Numbered from the stretch's first letter, positions 52,580 to 62,714 are shown. The stretch is 64,000 nucleotides of DNA from an uncultured Chloroflexia bacterium (GCA_963751345.1 CAVVUS010000011.1:192001-256000); one strand, 5' to 3'. Numbers and translations are program-made. Notes: generated by a model not told the origin, from the letters alone.

Positions 52580-53663
52580 CTAGATGACCTCCAGGTCCAC
52601 GCGCTCGGGCAGGACCGGGAACGGGGCCGTCGGCAGCGACTGGTACCAGTAGACCACCGAGGCGATATCGTCCTGCAGAGGCAGATAGCGTCCGCCGTTC
52701 CGCCAGCCCAGCGCCTGGATGGTGACCCTGCAGGTCACGCTGGAACCGGATGGGATCGGCAATGTGCCAGCGGTAGAGGCCAAACCGCATCTGCGAGCGA
52801 TAGACGCCGTCGGGCTTGATGACCTGGTGCAAGCCGGCATAGGGAGTCGAGAAGGGCTGGTATTGGTGCAGCGCCCTGTTTTCGAAGTTGTACGAGCCGC
52901 AGAAATAGTCCTCCGTGCCGGTGCCGCAGATGGTCGGGTACGCGTCGTCGCCGTCCATATAGAACTTGATCTCGCCCTCGCCCCACCAGCCGTTGTTGTT
53001 CACGCCCCACGCCATGTAGGTGCCGACGTAGTGTCCGTGGCCCCGGACGCCGTCGAGCAGTGTGTAGACGTCCTTGTAGGGCAGCGGGTTGACGCGGCGG
53101 AATTGGGCGTGGAAGTAGCCGCAGTCCTCCGGAACGTCGGTCAGCGTGTAGTTGATCTGATAGTAGAGCACCATCGGATCGTCGGCGATATTCGTCAGCG
53201 TGATGCGGCAGTGGGTGCGGAAGGGCATCTCCCAGTAGCTGTTGAACGCACTCCCCGGATTCACGCAGACCGCCAGCGACGAGAGCTGTGCGTATTCACC
53301 CCAACCCATCGCGAAGAAGTCCCCGACCGGGCACTCGACCGACGGCTGCTCCTGGCCATCCCAGTAGATGCGCAGGATGCTGAACCGCCAGTTACCGGTG
53401 GGTGTCATCCAGATCTGCTGAATGGCACCGGGGCCGTCGATATCCGCGAGTTCGAACGTCTCCCCGGCGCCGATGCGCACCGACGGTGAGATCTTCCATC
53501 CCGGCCCGAGGTCCCGGGCGCATCGGGCGCCGGTGCCCTCCGTGGCCATCCCGGCTTTGCCTTTTTCGCCCGTGAAGTTCTCGGGGCTGATCGAGCGCGT
53601 CCGTGCGTCGGACAGCCTCGAGAGCGTCCCCATATTCATGCCCAAACCGTTGAAACTCGACAT
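52580..53663 (-). CDS. Glycoside hydrolase family 172 (DUF2961); frameshift near 52735
   Basis: SISPENFTGEKG, WWGEGEIKF, GTGTEDYF, YRWHIADPI; DIASVVYWYQ in the second frame. Confidence 0.88.
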
Positions 53664-53679
53664 TCGATGACCTCCGATT

Positions 53680-55503
53680 TCAGATTTCGATGGGTTCCGA
53701 CAGTTCGCCGTCCCGCCGCCAGAAGTCGACCGCGCGAACCCAATAGACGCCGTGCTCATCGGCAGGCGTGTGCACGAAGACTGAGTCCAGCAAGTCGGCT
53801 TCGTTCACCCTTTTGAACGGCCCGGCGACAGTCGCGGCGTAGAGCACCTCGTAGGTCTGGAGGGTCCGCGCGCTGACGCCGTGCCACGTCAGCAACACTT
53901 CACCTTCACCGGTCATTCCCTCGAACCGCTCCGCGCGGAGCCCTGTGACCTTCTCCGGCCTGATCTGGGGGTCCGCCGTCAACAGTACCAACACGACACT
54001 GGGCAGTACCAGGTCGAAGCTGGTCGTCAAGAGGCCCTCGATGATCCTTACCTGGTGCGGGGCACCCATCTGATGAAGCTCCTGCTGCCTCCGCATCTCG
54101 GTGTATTGCTCGGGTGTCGGATGGTCCGGCGCACCCATCGCCTCCCAGACAGTGAAGGGATCGCCATGCGCTTTGTCGATCCTGTAGTAGGCCAGCACGG
54201 CGTGGCCAAAGGGCAGGCCTTCGAGATTGAGCGTCACCCGCGTGCTGCCGCCTGCCATCATCCTGTCGTCGCTGTTGTAGAGCAGGATCGCTACCTGTTC
54301 GTCGCCCCGCCGGGTGGCAATGACGCCCAGCGGCTCCGACACGTCGCCGGCACCCGTGACCGAGCACCGTTCGTCCCCCAAGAGCGACAGCATCGTCATC
54401 ACGTTGAGCACGGGCTTCTTGATCAGCTCGAACCGTCGCCGCCTCGGATCCTCCTCCATCTTTGGGGCGTCTCGATGCCCGGGGGCCTGTCCGTGATCGA
54501 TGTGATCGAGCTCTGCGAACCGGGCCAGGAGCGTGCGGTGTCCCCACGTCCCAAGGAACCCATTGTCGTTGCTGAGGACAGCATAGTCCACGCCCTTCTC
54601 ATCGACAAGCCTGACCAAGTGCTGGTTGATGATCTTGGCGACCAACGCCGCGTAGTAGGGGCGCGCGCGCCACGTGTGGATTGTGCCCCATCCGACCTGC
54701 GGATCGCACTCGTTGTTGCCGAAAGGCAGCGAGGCGAGGGTGGGGTGATGCTCGCGGATGTAGTCGATGATCCGCGCCTCCCGCTCGACGATGCCCATCG
54801 AGCTGGGGGTAAGGTCCTCCTCGTGCGACCGTACGCCCTTTTCGTGGACTGAGAGGAAGGCCGGGCGGTGGGCAGGCTCGCCGGTGAGCACATTGGTGCC
54901 GCCGTCGCAGTGGGCCAGAAAGGCTTTCAGCGTGTCGGACAGGTTCCTGCACGTGCCGGGGCCTCCCAGGCGAAGCTCGGGGTCGGCGTCCGCCAGGCCC
55001 GCGGCACATGCGTCGTAGTAGATACAGAGGGCTGCGTCGCTCTGCTGCCAGAAGCCGACGTCCGGTTCATTCCAGGTCTCAAAGAGCCAGCCGCGGACCT
55101 CCGACTGTCCATATCGCGAGATCAAATGGCGTGCCAGATCACGTACGAGACGCCGCCACGCGCGTGCCTGGGTCAGGTCGGTGTAGTCGTCGAAGTAGCC
55201 GCCGACGTTGCCCATCAGCTCGAAGAAGGGGCGCAGGCCGTTTCCGACGAGCGCGTCAAGCGACCTGTCGAGGCGCGACCAATCGTAACTCGTCTCCTCC
55301 GTGCCCAGACCTTCTGCCGTGACCAGCTCAAGCAGATAATGGATGCGAACCCACGAGATGCCCCCGTGTGGGACCGCGCCGACGTAGGCCATAGCCTGCC
55401 GCATATCTGCGTCCAGGAGCAAGTTGGCGGGCGTGAATCCGGTGCTCTGCCAGAAGTGGCGCAGCGGCCCGGCGCTCTCGGAGCAGTTGATGTTGAGATT
55501 CAT
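53680..55503 (-). CDS. GH39 alpha-L-iduronidase-like glycoside hydrolase
   Basis: FWQSTGF, FELMG, FETWNEPD (acid/base), NNECDPQVGW (nucleophile), LSNDNGFL and a C-terminal FN3-like VRAVDFW. Confidence 0.82.
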   Translation of the reverse strand: MNLNINCSESAGPLRHFWQSTGFTPANLLLDADMRQAMAYVGAVPHGGISWVRIHYLLELVTAEGLGTEETSYDWSRLDRSLDALVGNGLRPFFELMGNVGGYFDDYTDLTQARAWRRLVRDLARHLISRYGQSEVRGWLFETWNEPDVGFWQQSDAALCIYYDACAAGLADADPELRLGGPGTCRNLSDTLKAFLAHCDGGTNVLTGEPAHRPAFLSVHEKGVRSHEEDLTPSSMGIVEREARIIDYIREHHPTLASLPFGNNECDPQVGWGTIHTWRARPYYAALVAKIINQHLVRLVDEKGVDYAVLSNDNGFLGTWGHRTLLARFAELDHIDHGQAPGHRDAPKMEEDPRRRRFELIKKPVLNVMTMLSLLGDERCSVTGAGDVSEPLGVIATRRGDEQVAILLYNSDDRMMAGGSTRVTLNLEGLPFGHAVLAYYRIDKAHGDPFTVWEAMGAPDHPTPEQYTEMRRQQELHQMGAPHQVRIIEGLLTTSFDLVLPSVVLVLLTADPQIRPEKVTGLRAERFEGMTGEGEVLLTWHGVSARTLQTYEVLYAATVAGPFKRVNEADLLDSVFVHTPADEHGVYWVRAVDFWRRDGELSEPIEI

Positions 55504-55505
55504 GT

Positions 55506-56933
55506 CTAGACCTCCACCAGCACGCTTGCGCGTTCAGTGTGCCGCGGTTCGGGCAGCGACAGAGAGAGCGGGAGCGCTGCCAGGATGCCGACCGCCGTGA
55601 TGATAAAGAGGATCTGGTAATTACTGTGGGACCATTCGAGGATGAACCCGCCCAGGGTCGAGAAGAGCGCCGTGATGCCGCCGAGTGTGTTGGTCAGGCC
55701 CATGTAGAGGGGCCGCTCGGCATCGGGCGCCCATTCCAGGACGAAGGCGGTCCAGCCCGGCAGGAAGCAGCTCATCGAGGCCTGGTTCATCAGAAAGACC
55801 AGGCCGTAGGCCCAGGCCAGCCAGAAAGGGTCGCTAATCCATCGCGGAATGAGCAGCGCCAGAACCGGCACGGCTATCGTGACCGGAATGCTGATCTGCG
55901 TGGCGAATCGTGTGCCTCTGCGCTCGTTGGCCCATCCGAAGGCTGCGGCTGCGAGAATTCCCCCAATGACGCCGATCGAGGTGTAGCGGCCCGCGACCTG
56001 GTCGGGGAGGCCAAGACGGTCGATCGCGTACGTGATGTAGAAGGGTGCTGCGAGGCCGCTCAGACCGAAGAGTTGGCGCGTGATCAGATAGCGACGGAAA
56101 GCGTGGTCTCTTCGCATCACTTTCCCGAGCTGGGGCAGATACTCTCGCCACGTGGGCACTCTCTCCGCCACCACACCCTTGGGTTCGACCCCGTGGGCCA
56201 CCGCAGTGAACGAGACGGCGAGCATGCCGAACCCCAACAGAAAGAGCCACGCGTAGTTGAGCGGAAAGCCGGGGCCCCGAACGCTCAGTATTCGTTCGAC
56301 GATAAATCCCGCCCCGAAGCTGAGGATACCCGAGAGGATCTGGCCTGTGCCGGTCAGGCGTCCGCGGCGGTGGGGTGGGATCGCCTTACTCAGGAAGTCG
56401 AACCATGCCAGGCTTGCCATGCCGTCGCCGATCCAGAAGATGCTGAGCGTGGCGATGGCGATGCCGATCATTAGCCCCGGAGAGCGCGCTCTCGTCACCC
56501 AGATCAGGATCGCCAGGATCAGGATCTGGCTGCGGCTGATGCCCGCCGGGACGAGAATGTACGGCTTCTTGAACGGCTTGTCGGCCAGATATCGGGCCGC
56601 CAGGAGCTGCGGCAGCAGCCATCCGGCCCGCTGCAGGGTAGAGAGCAGCCCGATCTCCGCCGTCGATGCCCCCAATGAGCTCAGGAAACTCGGGATGACG
56701 GTGCTGGGGCCGAAGAAGGCCATCCCAATCCCGAAGAAGCAGAAATCCATCGCCAGGCACCAGAAGTTCCGGCGAAAGCGCGGTGGCAGCGTGCCCTCTC
56801 CAAACGCAAGCTGTCTGGCGAGGCCCTCTTCCTCAGGGGGAGGGATTACCGGACCGGCGCCCCCGGAGGGGGTCGGATGAGGAGGAGGCGCGGTCAGCGC
56901 CAGCTCATCGGACACCGAGGCCACCTCAGGCAT
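55506..56933 (-). CDS. MFS transporter
   Basis: About 12 TM helices, RRGRLTG, ERPLYMG. Confidence 0.82.
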   Translation of the reverse strand: MPEVASVSDELALTAPPPHPTPSGGAGPVIPPPEEEGLARQLAFGEGTLPPRFRRNFWCLAMDFCFFGIGMAFFGPSTVIPSFLSSLGASTAEIGLLSTLQRAGWLLPQLLAARYLADKPFKKPYILVPAGISRSQILILAILIWVTRARSPGLMIGIAIATLSIFWIGDGMASLAWFDFLSKAIPPHRRGRLTGTGQILSGILSFGAGFIVERILSVRGPGFPLNYAWLFLLGFGMLAVSFTAVAHGVEPKGVVAERVPTWREYLPQLGKVMRRDHAFRRYLITRQLFGLSGLAAPFYITYAIDRLGLPDQVAGRYTSIGVIGGILAAAAFGWANERRGTRFATQISIPVTIAVPVLALLIPRWISDPFWLAWAYGLVFLMNQASMSCFLPGWTAFVLEWAPDAERPLYMGLTNTLGGITALFSTLGGFILEWSHSNYQILFIITAVGILAALPLSLSLPEPRHTERASVLVEV

Positions 56934-58245
56934 TGGGCAGGTACCCGCCCAAGGTCTTGAGGCGTGCTTGCAGCTCGGGAACGTCCACGGCGTGGACGGA
57001 GAGATCCTTGTCCGCGGCCAGGCTTGCCGCGATCCCCGCGGCTTGTCCGGTAATATAGCACCCGGGCATCACGCGGATGGAGCCCTGCAGAAAGCGGTCG
57101 GTGCTGACGCATCGCCCGGCGACGAGGACGTTGTCCAGGCCCCGCGGCGTCAGGATACGATAGGGGATGCCGTAGCTCTCCCCTCTCCCGTAGCGAAGCG
57201 TCTTGAACTCCTCCTCGAACTTGGCGAAGTCCTCCGAGCTCGGGGTCGAGGCATGGATGTCGACGGGGTAGTTGTAGCGGCCGATCTCGTCCTCGAAGAC
57301 GGCGCGGGCCTTGAAGTCGTCGAGCTTCAGAACGTAGTCGCCCATGATCCTGCGCGTCTCGCGCAGTCCCATCAGGGCGCCGGTTGCCGCCAGCGTCATA
57401 TCCTCGAAACCCTCAAGATATCCCTTGTAGTAGGTCTCATACTCGGCCATGCTCTGGCGTCCCCAGAGCAGCGCCTTGGTCAGCGACCGCTCGTCGGTGC
57501 CGTCGACGCCGAAGGTATGACCGACGTTGCCCCCGCCCATGTGAGCGGATACGGGCCACATGCCCGGCAGGTGGCGGTCCTGGATCGTGAAGACGCCGTC
57601 GGCAAATGCCCGCTCGAGCCCGCTGCCCTGCGCGGGGGTGGCGCGTGCCCAATCCACCCCGCTCCAGAGGCTGCACAGCGTACCCGGCATCATGTTGCCT
57701 TCGGCGTCGCCCTTCTCGAAGGGCGCGCCGGCCCACGTGGCGATGTCGCCGTCGCCGGTCCCGTCGACGAATACCTTCGCCTTGACCGCGAAGAGACCAC
57801 TCTTGGCCGCACAGACGGCGGCTTCGACGTGGCCTCCCTCGTGCTCTATGCCGACCACCTGGGTGTGGAAAGTGAAGTCGATCGTCGTCTGCTCCTGAAC
57901 GACGTCGTCGTAGACGCGCTTGAGTGCCTCAGTGTTGATCGAGACACTGCTGGCCGGATCGTCCCGCGGGGTGTCCGCATACATCTTCGTCCGCTCGTAG
58001 ATCTCGCGGCCAATGCCGTCGGCGAGGAAGTGAACGCCATCGCTGAAACACATGAAGGCCGGAACCAGGCCCGCGGTTCCCATTCCGCCGAAGCAGGCCT
58101 GCCCTTCGGCAATAAAGACGCTGGCGCCCTGGCGCGCAGCTGCCAGGGCTGCCGCAACGCCGGACGGCCCACCGCCCGCGACGAAGACGTCAACCTCGTG
58201 GCGGACCGGAATCTCACGGCGAAACGTCAAGCTCTCTGTTGACAT
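56926..58245 (-). CDS. FAD-dependent oxidoreductase (PF12831-like)
   Basis: VAGGGPSG, FVDGTGDG, RETRRI, IPYRIL, NVLVAGRCVS. Confidence 0.88.
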   Translation of the reverse strand: MSTESLTFRREIPVRHEVDVFVAGGGPSGVAAALAAARQGASVFIAEGQACFGGMGTAGLVPAFMCFSDGVHFLADGIGREIYERTKMYADTPRDDPASSVSINTEALKRVYDDVVQEQTTIDFTFHTQVVGIEHEGGHVEAAVCAAKSGLFAVKAKVFVDGTGDGDIATWAGAPFEKGDAEGNMMPGTLCSLWSGVDWARATPAQGSGLERAFADGVFTIQDRHLPGMWPVSAHMGGGNVGHTFGVDGTDERSLTKALLWGRQSMAEYETYYKGYLEGFEDMTLAATGALMGLRETRRIMGDYVLKLDDFKARAVFEDEIGRYNYPVDIHASTPSSEDFAKFEEEFKTLRYGRGESYGIPYRILTPRGLDNVLVAGRCVSTDRFLQGSIRVMPGCYITGQAAGIAASLAADKDLSVHAVDVPELQARLKTLGGYLPNA

Positions 58246-58275
58246 AGGGTATCCCTCCGGTTTTCAGCAAAGCTG

Positions 58276-59554
58276 CTATGCGTCTGCACTAATTCCCGTT
58301 TCCTGTACGGTCTTGTACATCGCCAGGACATTCTCGACGGGCGAGAGCGGCTGGACGTTGTGGATGGTGTTGAAGACAAAGCCGCCGCCGGGGCTGAAGA
58401 TCCGCACCCGTTCGCGCACCTCGGCGCGCACCTCGTCGGGTGTGCCGAAGGGCAGCGTCTTCTGGGTGTCGACGCCTCCGCCCCAGAACGTGATCTGGCG
58501 GCCAAAAGTCTCCTTGAGCATCGCGGGATCCATGTCGGCAGCCGAGCATTGCACGGGGTTGAGGATGTCGAACCCGGCCTCGATGAAGTCGGGGATGAGC
58601 TTGACCACCGAGCCACACGAGTGGATGAAGGTCTTCCAGTTCGTGTTGGCGTGGATCCACGCGTTCATCCGGATGTGGTAGGGCTGATAGAGCGAACGGT
58701 AGGTGCGCGGCGAGATGAAGGGCCCGCGCTGCGTGCCGAAGTCGGTGCCGGTCACCAGCAGCGCCGCCACACGGTTGCCCACGACCTCGTAGATCCGGGT
58801 CAGGTTCTCGATCGCAATCTCGGTCTGGCGTGCGAAGACAGCCTCGACGTATTCGCGGCGCGAGACGGTGCTGATGTACCATTCCTCGACGTCGCGGATG
58901 CCCTTGGGATGCTTGAGCCACGGCGCCGGCACCAGGGCGATGTCGCCGAGACCTGTGCCGCCGAAGTTGGCCAGGATGGCCTTATCCGTCTCGTTGTAGA
59001 GGCGTTCCGACTCCCGCGCGTAGTACGCCAGATCCGCCTCGGAGATCGGGCCGAACTCCTCCAGGTTATCCTCGACATCCAGCGCAGTCGTCGTCGATCG
59101 CAGGCTGGCGAACCGTCGAATCGAAATACCAGCCGCCCGCGGGCATCCTGCCGCTGGGGGGCACGGAAGTGTCGCCCTCGGGATAGAGGAACAGATCGCC
59201 GTTGGGCGCGGGCTCCGTGTTGAAACCTGCCGGCACCAGGACCGGCGTGCCGTCGAAGGTCGTCCACGGCTTCCAGCCCGCGTTCTCGAAACCGAACATC
59301 GTCCTTGGCGCGATCAGTCCGACCACGTCGATGCCCAGGGCCTCCATCAGGTCGGGCTCGATCTCGCCCAGCATCTGGTAGGGCTCCACGACCTTGACAG
59401 GGGTTCCGGTAGGGTCGAGGCCCAGTGCCTGCCGCAGCTTGTAGACGACGCTGACGTGCATACCGGTGACCGCACTGCCGCCAAGGTCGACGGGCACGCG
59501 GTCGGGTTCCTCGTGTGCCAATGCCATCATCACGCGCTCTCGCGATGTCGTCAT
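58276..59554 (-). CDS. Uroporphyrinogen decarboxylase / MtaA-CmuA methyltransferase family protein; frameshift near 59080
   Basis: SRERV..EPDRVP, TDFGTQ, HSCG, LNPVQ, FWGGGVDTQ, HNVQ. Confidence 0.85.
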
Positions 59555-59661
59555 CGATCTGCGCTCCTTTCGGATGTGTTGTGCCAGACGCCTGCCGTGG
59601 CCGTCCGCACGACCTCAAGCCGATCTTCGTCGTGGGTGCCCTGACGCTGACGGTTCCGGGC

Positions 59662-59721
59662 CGGAAGACGGGGCGCCGCCCCGTCTCTACGAAAATCGGT
59701 ATGCGGCCGTAGAGACGCGCC
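59662..59721. repeat. GTAG-type REP-like hairpin plus an inverted partial copy
   Basis: CGGAAGACGGGGCGCCGCCCCGTCTCTAC (28/29 identical to 48994-49022), then GTAGAGACGCGCC at 59709. Confidence 0.75.
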
Positions 59722-59726
59722 AGGCA

Positions 59727-60353
59727 TTATGCTCCGACGGCGCTCAACCATGCCTGCGCAATCAGGGCGTGGCCCGCAGGCGACGGATGGACCCCGTCGG
59801 GAAGCCAGAACCCCATCTCCCGTTTGGTCGCGGCTGCGGCAAAGAGCCCGTCCAGCGGCACAAAGGTGGCCTCAAACTCGCGGGCCAGCTTCCGTGCGAC
59901 GGCAATCTTGGGATCGAGGTCCACCCGCCACGATGCACGGTCCTCTGGGACCGGCAGGCAGAAGGGTTCCAGGATCACGAGCTTTGCGTTCAACTTTTCC
60001 CGTGTCTGCTCCAGGATTGCCCGGAAGTTGGCCCCATAGACCTGGGCAGAGGTCGGATCGTCGCTGTCGTAGCGTCGCCAGGTGTCGTTGATGCCGATAA
60101 GGATCGACACCCACGTCGGCGCGAGGTCGAGGCAATCGGGCTGCCACCGCCGCTTCAGGTCCGCGGCACGGTTCCCACTGATGCCCCGGTTGATGAATCG
60201 CACGTTCTTCTCGGGATGGAGCGCCGAGAACCACGCGGCGACCATCGCCGGGTATCCTCTCCCAAGGTCTACGTCGTTCTCACGACTGCGCCCGGCGTCC
60301 GTGATGCTGTCGCCCTGAAAGAGCACGACAGCGCTGTTTTCGATCTTCGTCAT
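59727..60353 (-). CDS. SGNH/GDSL hydrolase (putative carbohydrate esterase)
   Basis: FQGDSIT, NRGISG, IGIND, DGVHP. Confidence 0.9.
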   Translation of the reverse strand: MTKIENSAVVLFQGDSITDAGRSRENDVDLGRGYPAMVAAWFSALHPEKNVRFINRGISGNRAADLKRRWQPDCLDLAPTWVSILIGINDTWRRYDSDDPTSAQVYGANFRAILEQTREKLNAKLVILEPFCLPVPEDRASWRVDLDPKIAVARKLAREFEATFVPLDGLFAAAATKREMGFWLPDGVHPSPAGHALIAQAWLSAVGA

Positions 60354-60371
60354 AGGTTCTCTCCTTGTCGA

Positions 60372-62087
60372 CTACAACCACAGACCTTCGGTGTTCCATA
60401 GCGCGAACTCACGATGACCATTGGCCTCGGCCTTGGTCTCTCGCCCGGAGGCCACGTCGAGAATGGTTTGGAAGATCACGGCTCCCATCTCCGGCAGGCT
60501 CAACCCCTCGGTCAACACAGCGCCCGCGTTGACGTCCATGTCCGTATGCATCCGCTCGTACAGCGGGGTGTTAGAGCTGATCTTGATGACGGGCGCGATG
60601 GCGTTGCCGATGCCGGTGCCCCGTCCCGTCGTGAAGCAGACGACCTGGCATCCAGCGCCCACGAGGCCGGGGACCGACAGCTGGTCGTAGCCCGGCGTGT
60701 TCAGCAGGTAGACTCCGGAGTTCCGGCGGTCCCAGACCCACTCGCCGTAGTACATCACGTCTTGGACCGGCGCGCTGCCGCTCTTGGCTTGGGCACCCAG
60801 TGACTTGATGGTGATGTTGAGCAGCCCTCCTGCCTTATTGCCGGGGCTGGGATTCTCCTCCATAGTGTGACCGGAACGTGCGGCATACTCGCGGTACCAT
60901 TGGAGCGCCTCGAAGACGGCGTCGGCGACCTCGCGGTTGACCGCTCGCGCGGCAAAGAGGTGCGCCGCACCGAAGAACTCCGGGACTTCACCGATGACGC
61001 TGCGCCCCCCGGCGCGGACCAGCAGGTCGCTGGCCTGGCCCAGCGCGGGGTTGGCCGTGAGCCCGCTGAAGGCATCGCTGCCGCCGCACTCCAATCCCAA
61101 TGCCAACTTGCTGAGCGGTGCGGGCTCTCGTGCGGTCTCGTTTGCCTCTGCGAGCAGACCGGGCAGCAGCGCAAGCCCTTGTTCAATCGTTGCCTGTGTC
61201 CCGCCCAGTTGCTGGATCGCCAGGCGGCGCACCGGCTTCCCGTAGAGCGCTTCCAGGTCCGACGTGCCGAAGTAGGTGTCAAAGGCCGCGAGGTTCGTCT
61301 TTTCACACCCAAGTTCGACGATGATCGCAGCCCCGACGTTGGGGTGCCGGATGTGCTGAGCGAGCATGCGCAGGGTGGCCTCATACGCTCCCGGCCCCTT
61401 CGTCTCGACCGTGGGGTCCGGACACGCGCATCCGCCGTCGTGCGCGATCGAGGTCACGCCGTCGACGTTGGGGTAGGCATCGCGTGAGTACAGGCCCTGC
61501 AATTCGGCGCGCGTCGCGATCTGGGTCGCCTCGTGGGCGGCACACATACTCGCGGGCACGATCAGCACCCAGTTCCTGATTCCGACCTGCCCATCGGCGC
61601 GGTGGAACCCCTCAAAGGTGGGCAGATCGCCCTCCCAAGGGGGCAGCACAGGTGGATCAAGCACCAGTTGCTCGGCCCCGAGCAGCAGCTCGGACTCGAT
61701 CTCCGGCACCTCGCTGTCGGCGGTATCGTTGTTGATCGGATCGCCCGGCTCGACGCCCCTGGATCGCGCGAAGGGTTGCCCGTACTGGCGAATCCATTCG
61801 CCGGCGGGCACGGGGCGTATCGCGAACCGATGGCCCGCCGGAATGTCGGCGCGCACCACGATCGTGGTCTCCGCTTTATTTGCCCTCTCGCTGTCCGGGG
61901 GAGGGCAGCCCCGGTCCTCCTGCGCGGGGAGGGGGGGCGCCGGGTCCCACGTGAGGACGGTGTTTGCCGGGATAAGCTGCTTTGCGACGGCGACGTGATC
62001 CTGGTCGGGATTGACCACCACGGCCACGTCGCGGAGTCGTTGGGTATTGGGATGTGTTGTCATTGGATTCGTTGAGGTCCTGGTCAC
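60372..62087 (-). CDS. uxaA: UxaA-family altronate/galactarate dehydratase (SAF plus GD_AH domains)
   Basis: GIRN, HDGGC, LGCE, LECGGSD, NPSPGNKAGG, FTTGRG; ATG at 62063 is an alternative start. Confidence 0.85.
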   Translation of the reverse strand: MTRTSTNPMTTHPNTQRLRDVAVVVNPDQDHVAVAKQLIPANTVLTWDPAPPLPAQEDRGCPPPDSERANKAETTIVVRADIPAGHRFAIRPVPAGEWIRQYGQPFARSRGVEPGDPINNDTADSEVPEIESELLLGAEQLVLDPPVLPPWEGDLPTFEGFHRADGQVGIRNWVLIVPASMCAAHEATQIATRAELQGLYSRDAYPNVDGVTSIAHDGGCACPDPTVETKGPGAYEATLRMLAQHIRHPNVGAAIIVELGCEKTNLAAFDTYFGTSDLEALYGKPVRRLAIQQLGGTQATIEQGLALLPGLLAEANETAREPAPLSKLALGLECGGSDAFSGLTANPALGQASDLLVRAGGRSVIGEVPEFFGAAHLFAARAVNREVADAVFEALQWYREYAARSGHTMEENPSPGNKAGGLLNITIKSLGAQAKSGSAPVQDVMYYGEWVWDRRNSGVYLLNTPGYDQLSVPGLVGAGCQVVCFTTGRGTGIGNAIAPVIKISSNTPLYERMHTDMDVNAGAVLTEGLSLPEMGAVIFQTILDVASGRETKAEANGHREFALWNTEGLWL

Positions 62088-62219
62088 TATGGAATATGCC
62101 AGGCCCCACTATAGCACGGATTCCGCCGAGCACAGCCTGGCAGGAGATTCCGATCCATGGGGTGATGGACCCACGTACAGGGCGTACGCTTGTGGTCAGG
62201 ATAGGGACGTGGTACCGCC

Positions 62220-62437
62220 CTAAAGAAGCGTCAGAAACTCCTCGACCGTCATTCGAGCCTGCCGTATGATGGACCGCAGCGTCCCCGGCTTGAGATCTCC
62301 CGGATGAACCGGGACGGTGACCAGAAGATTGCCTCTACGTAACTGCCGGCGACTTCCTCGCTGGCGCAGTCGCGGAACCCCGCGCTCTGCAGGGCTCGAA
62401 TGACATCGCGGGCACTCAGCGACGGCAGCTTAGGCAT
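62220..62437 (-). pseudogene. hicA: HicA-family toxin, frameshifted and lacking the catalytic His
   Basis: MPKLPSLSARDVIRALQSAGF..RQRGSR..VTVPVHPGDLKPGTLRSIIRQA; 218 nt, one short of an intact frame. Confidence 0.7.
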
Positions 62438-62714
62438 GCACGCGGATGGAAACGCTGACTCGCAGCAAGAATGTCTCCACGACCGTCCGTGGCGCCGTAA
62501 AGCGGGGATCTTCGGAAGGAGGGACGGGGCGTAGCCACGGCAGTTGGCTTTCGAGTGCCGTCTCAAGGTAGAGCGTCACAGCCTCGGCAAGCTCCGCCTT
62601 CGCGTCAGCTATCGTGTCGCCTTCGGAGGCGACGTCCAGATCCAGGCAGAGCGACGTGTAGCCGACCTCTTCCTGGATGATCACACCGGTAAACACGAAC
62701 GTGTCGTTTTCCAT
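62430..62714 (-). CDS. hicB: HicB-family antitoxin
   Basis: YTSLCLDLDVASEGDTIADAKAELAEAVTLYLE; overlaps the hicA start. Confidence 0.8.
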   Translation of the reverse strand: MENDTFVFTGVIIQEEVGYTSLCLDLDVASEGDTIADAKAELAEAVTLYLETALESQLPWLRPVPPSEDPRFTAPRTVVETFLLRVSVSIRVHA

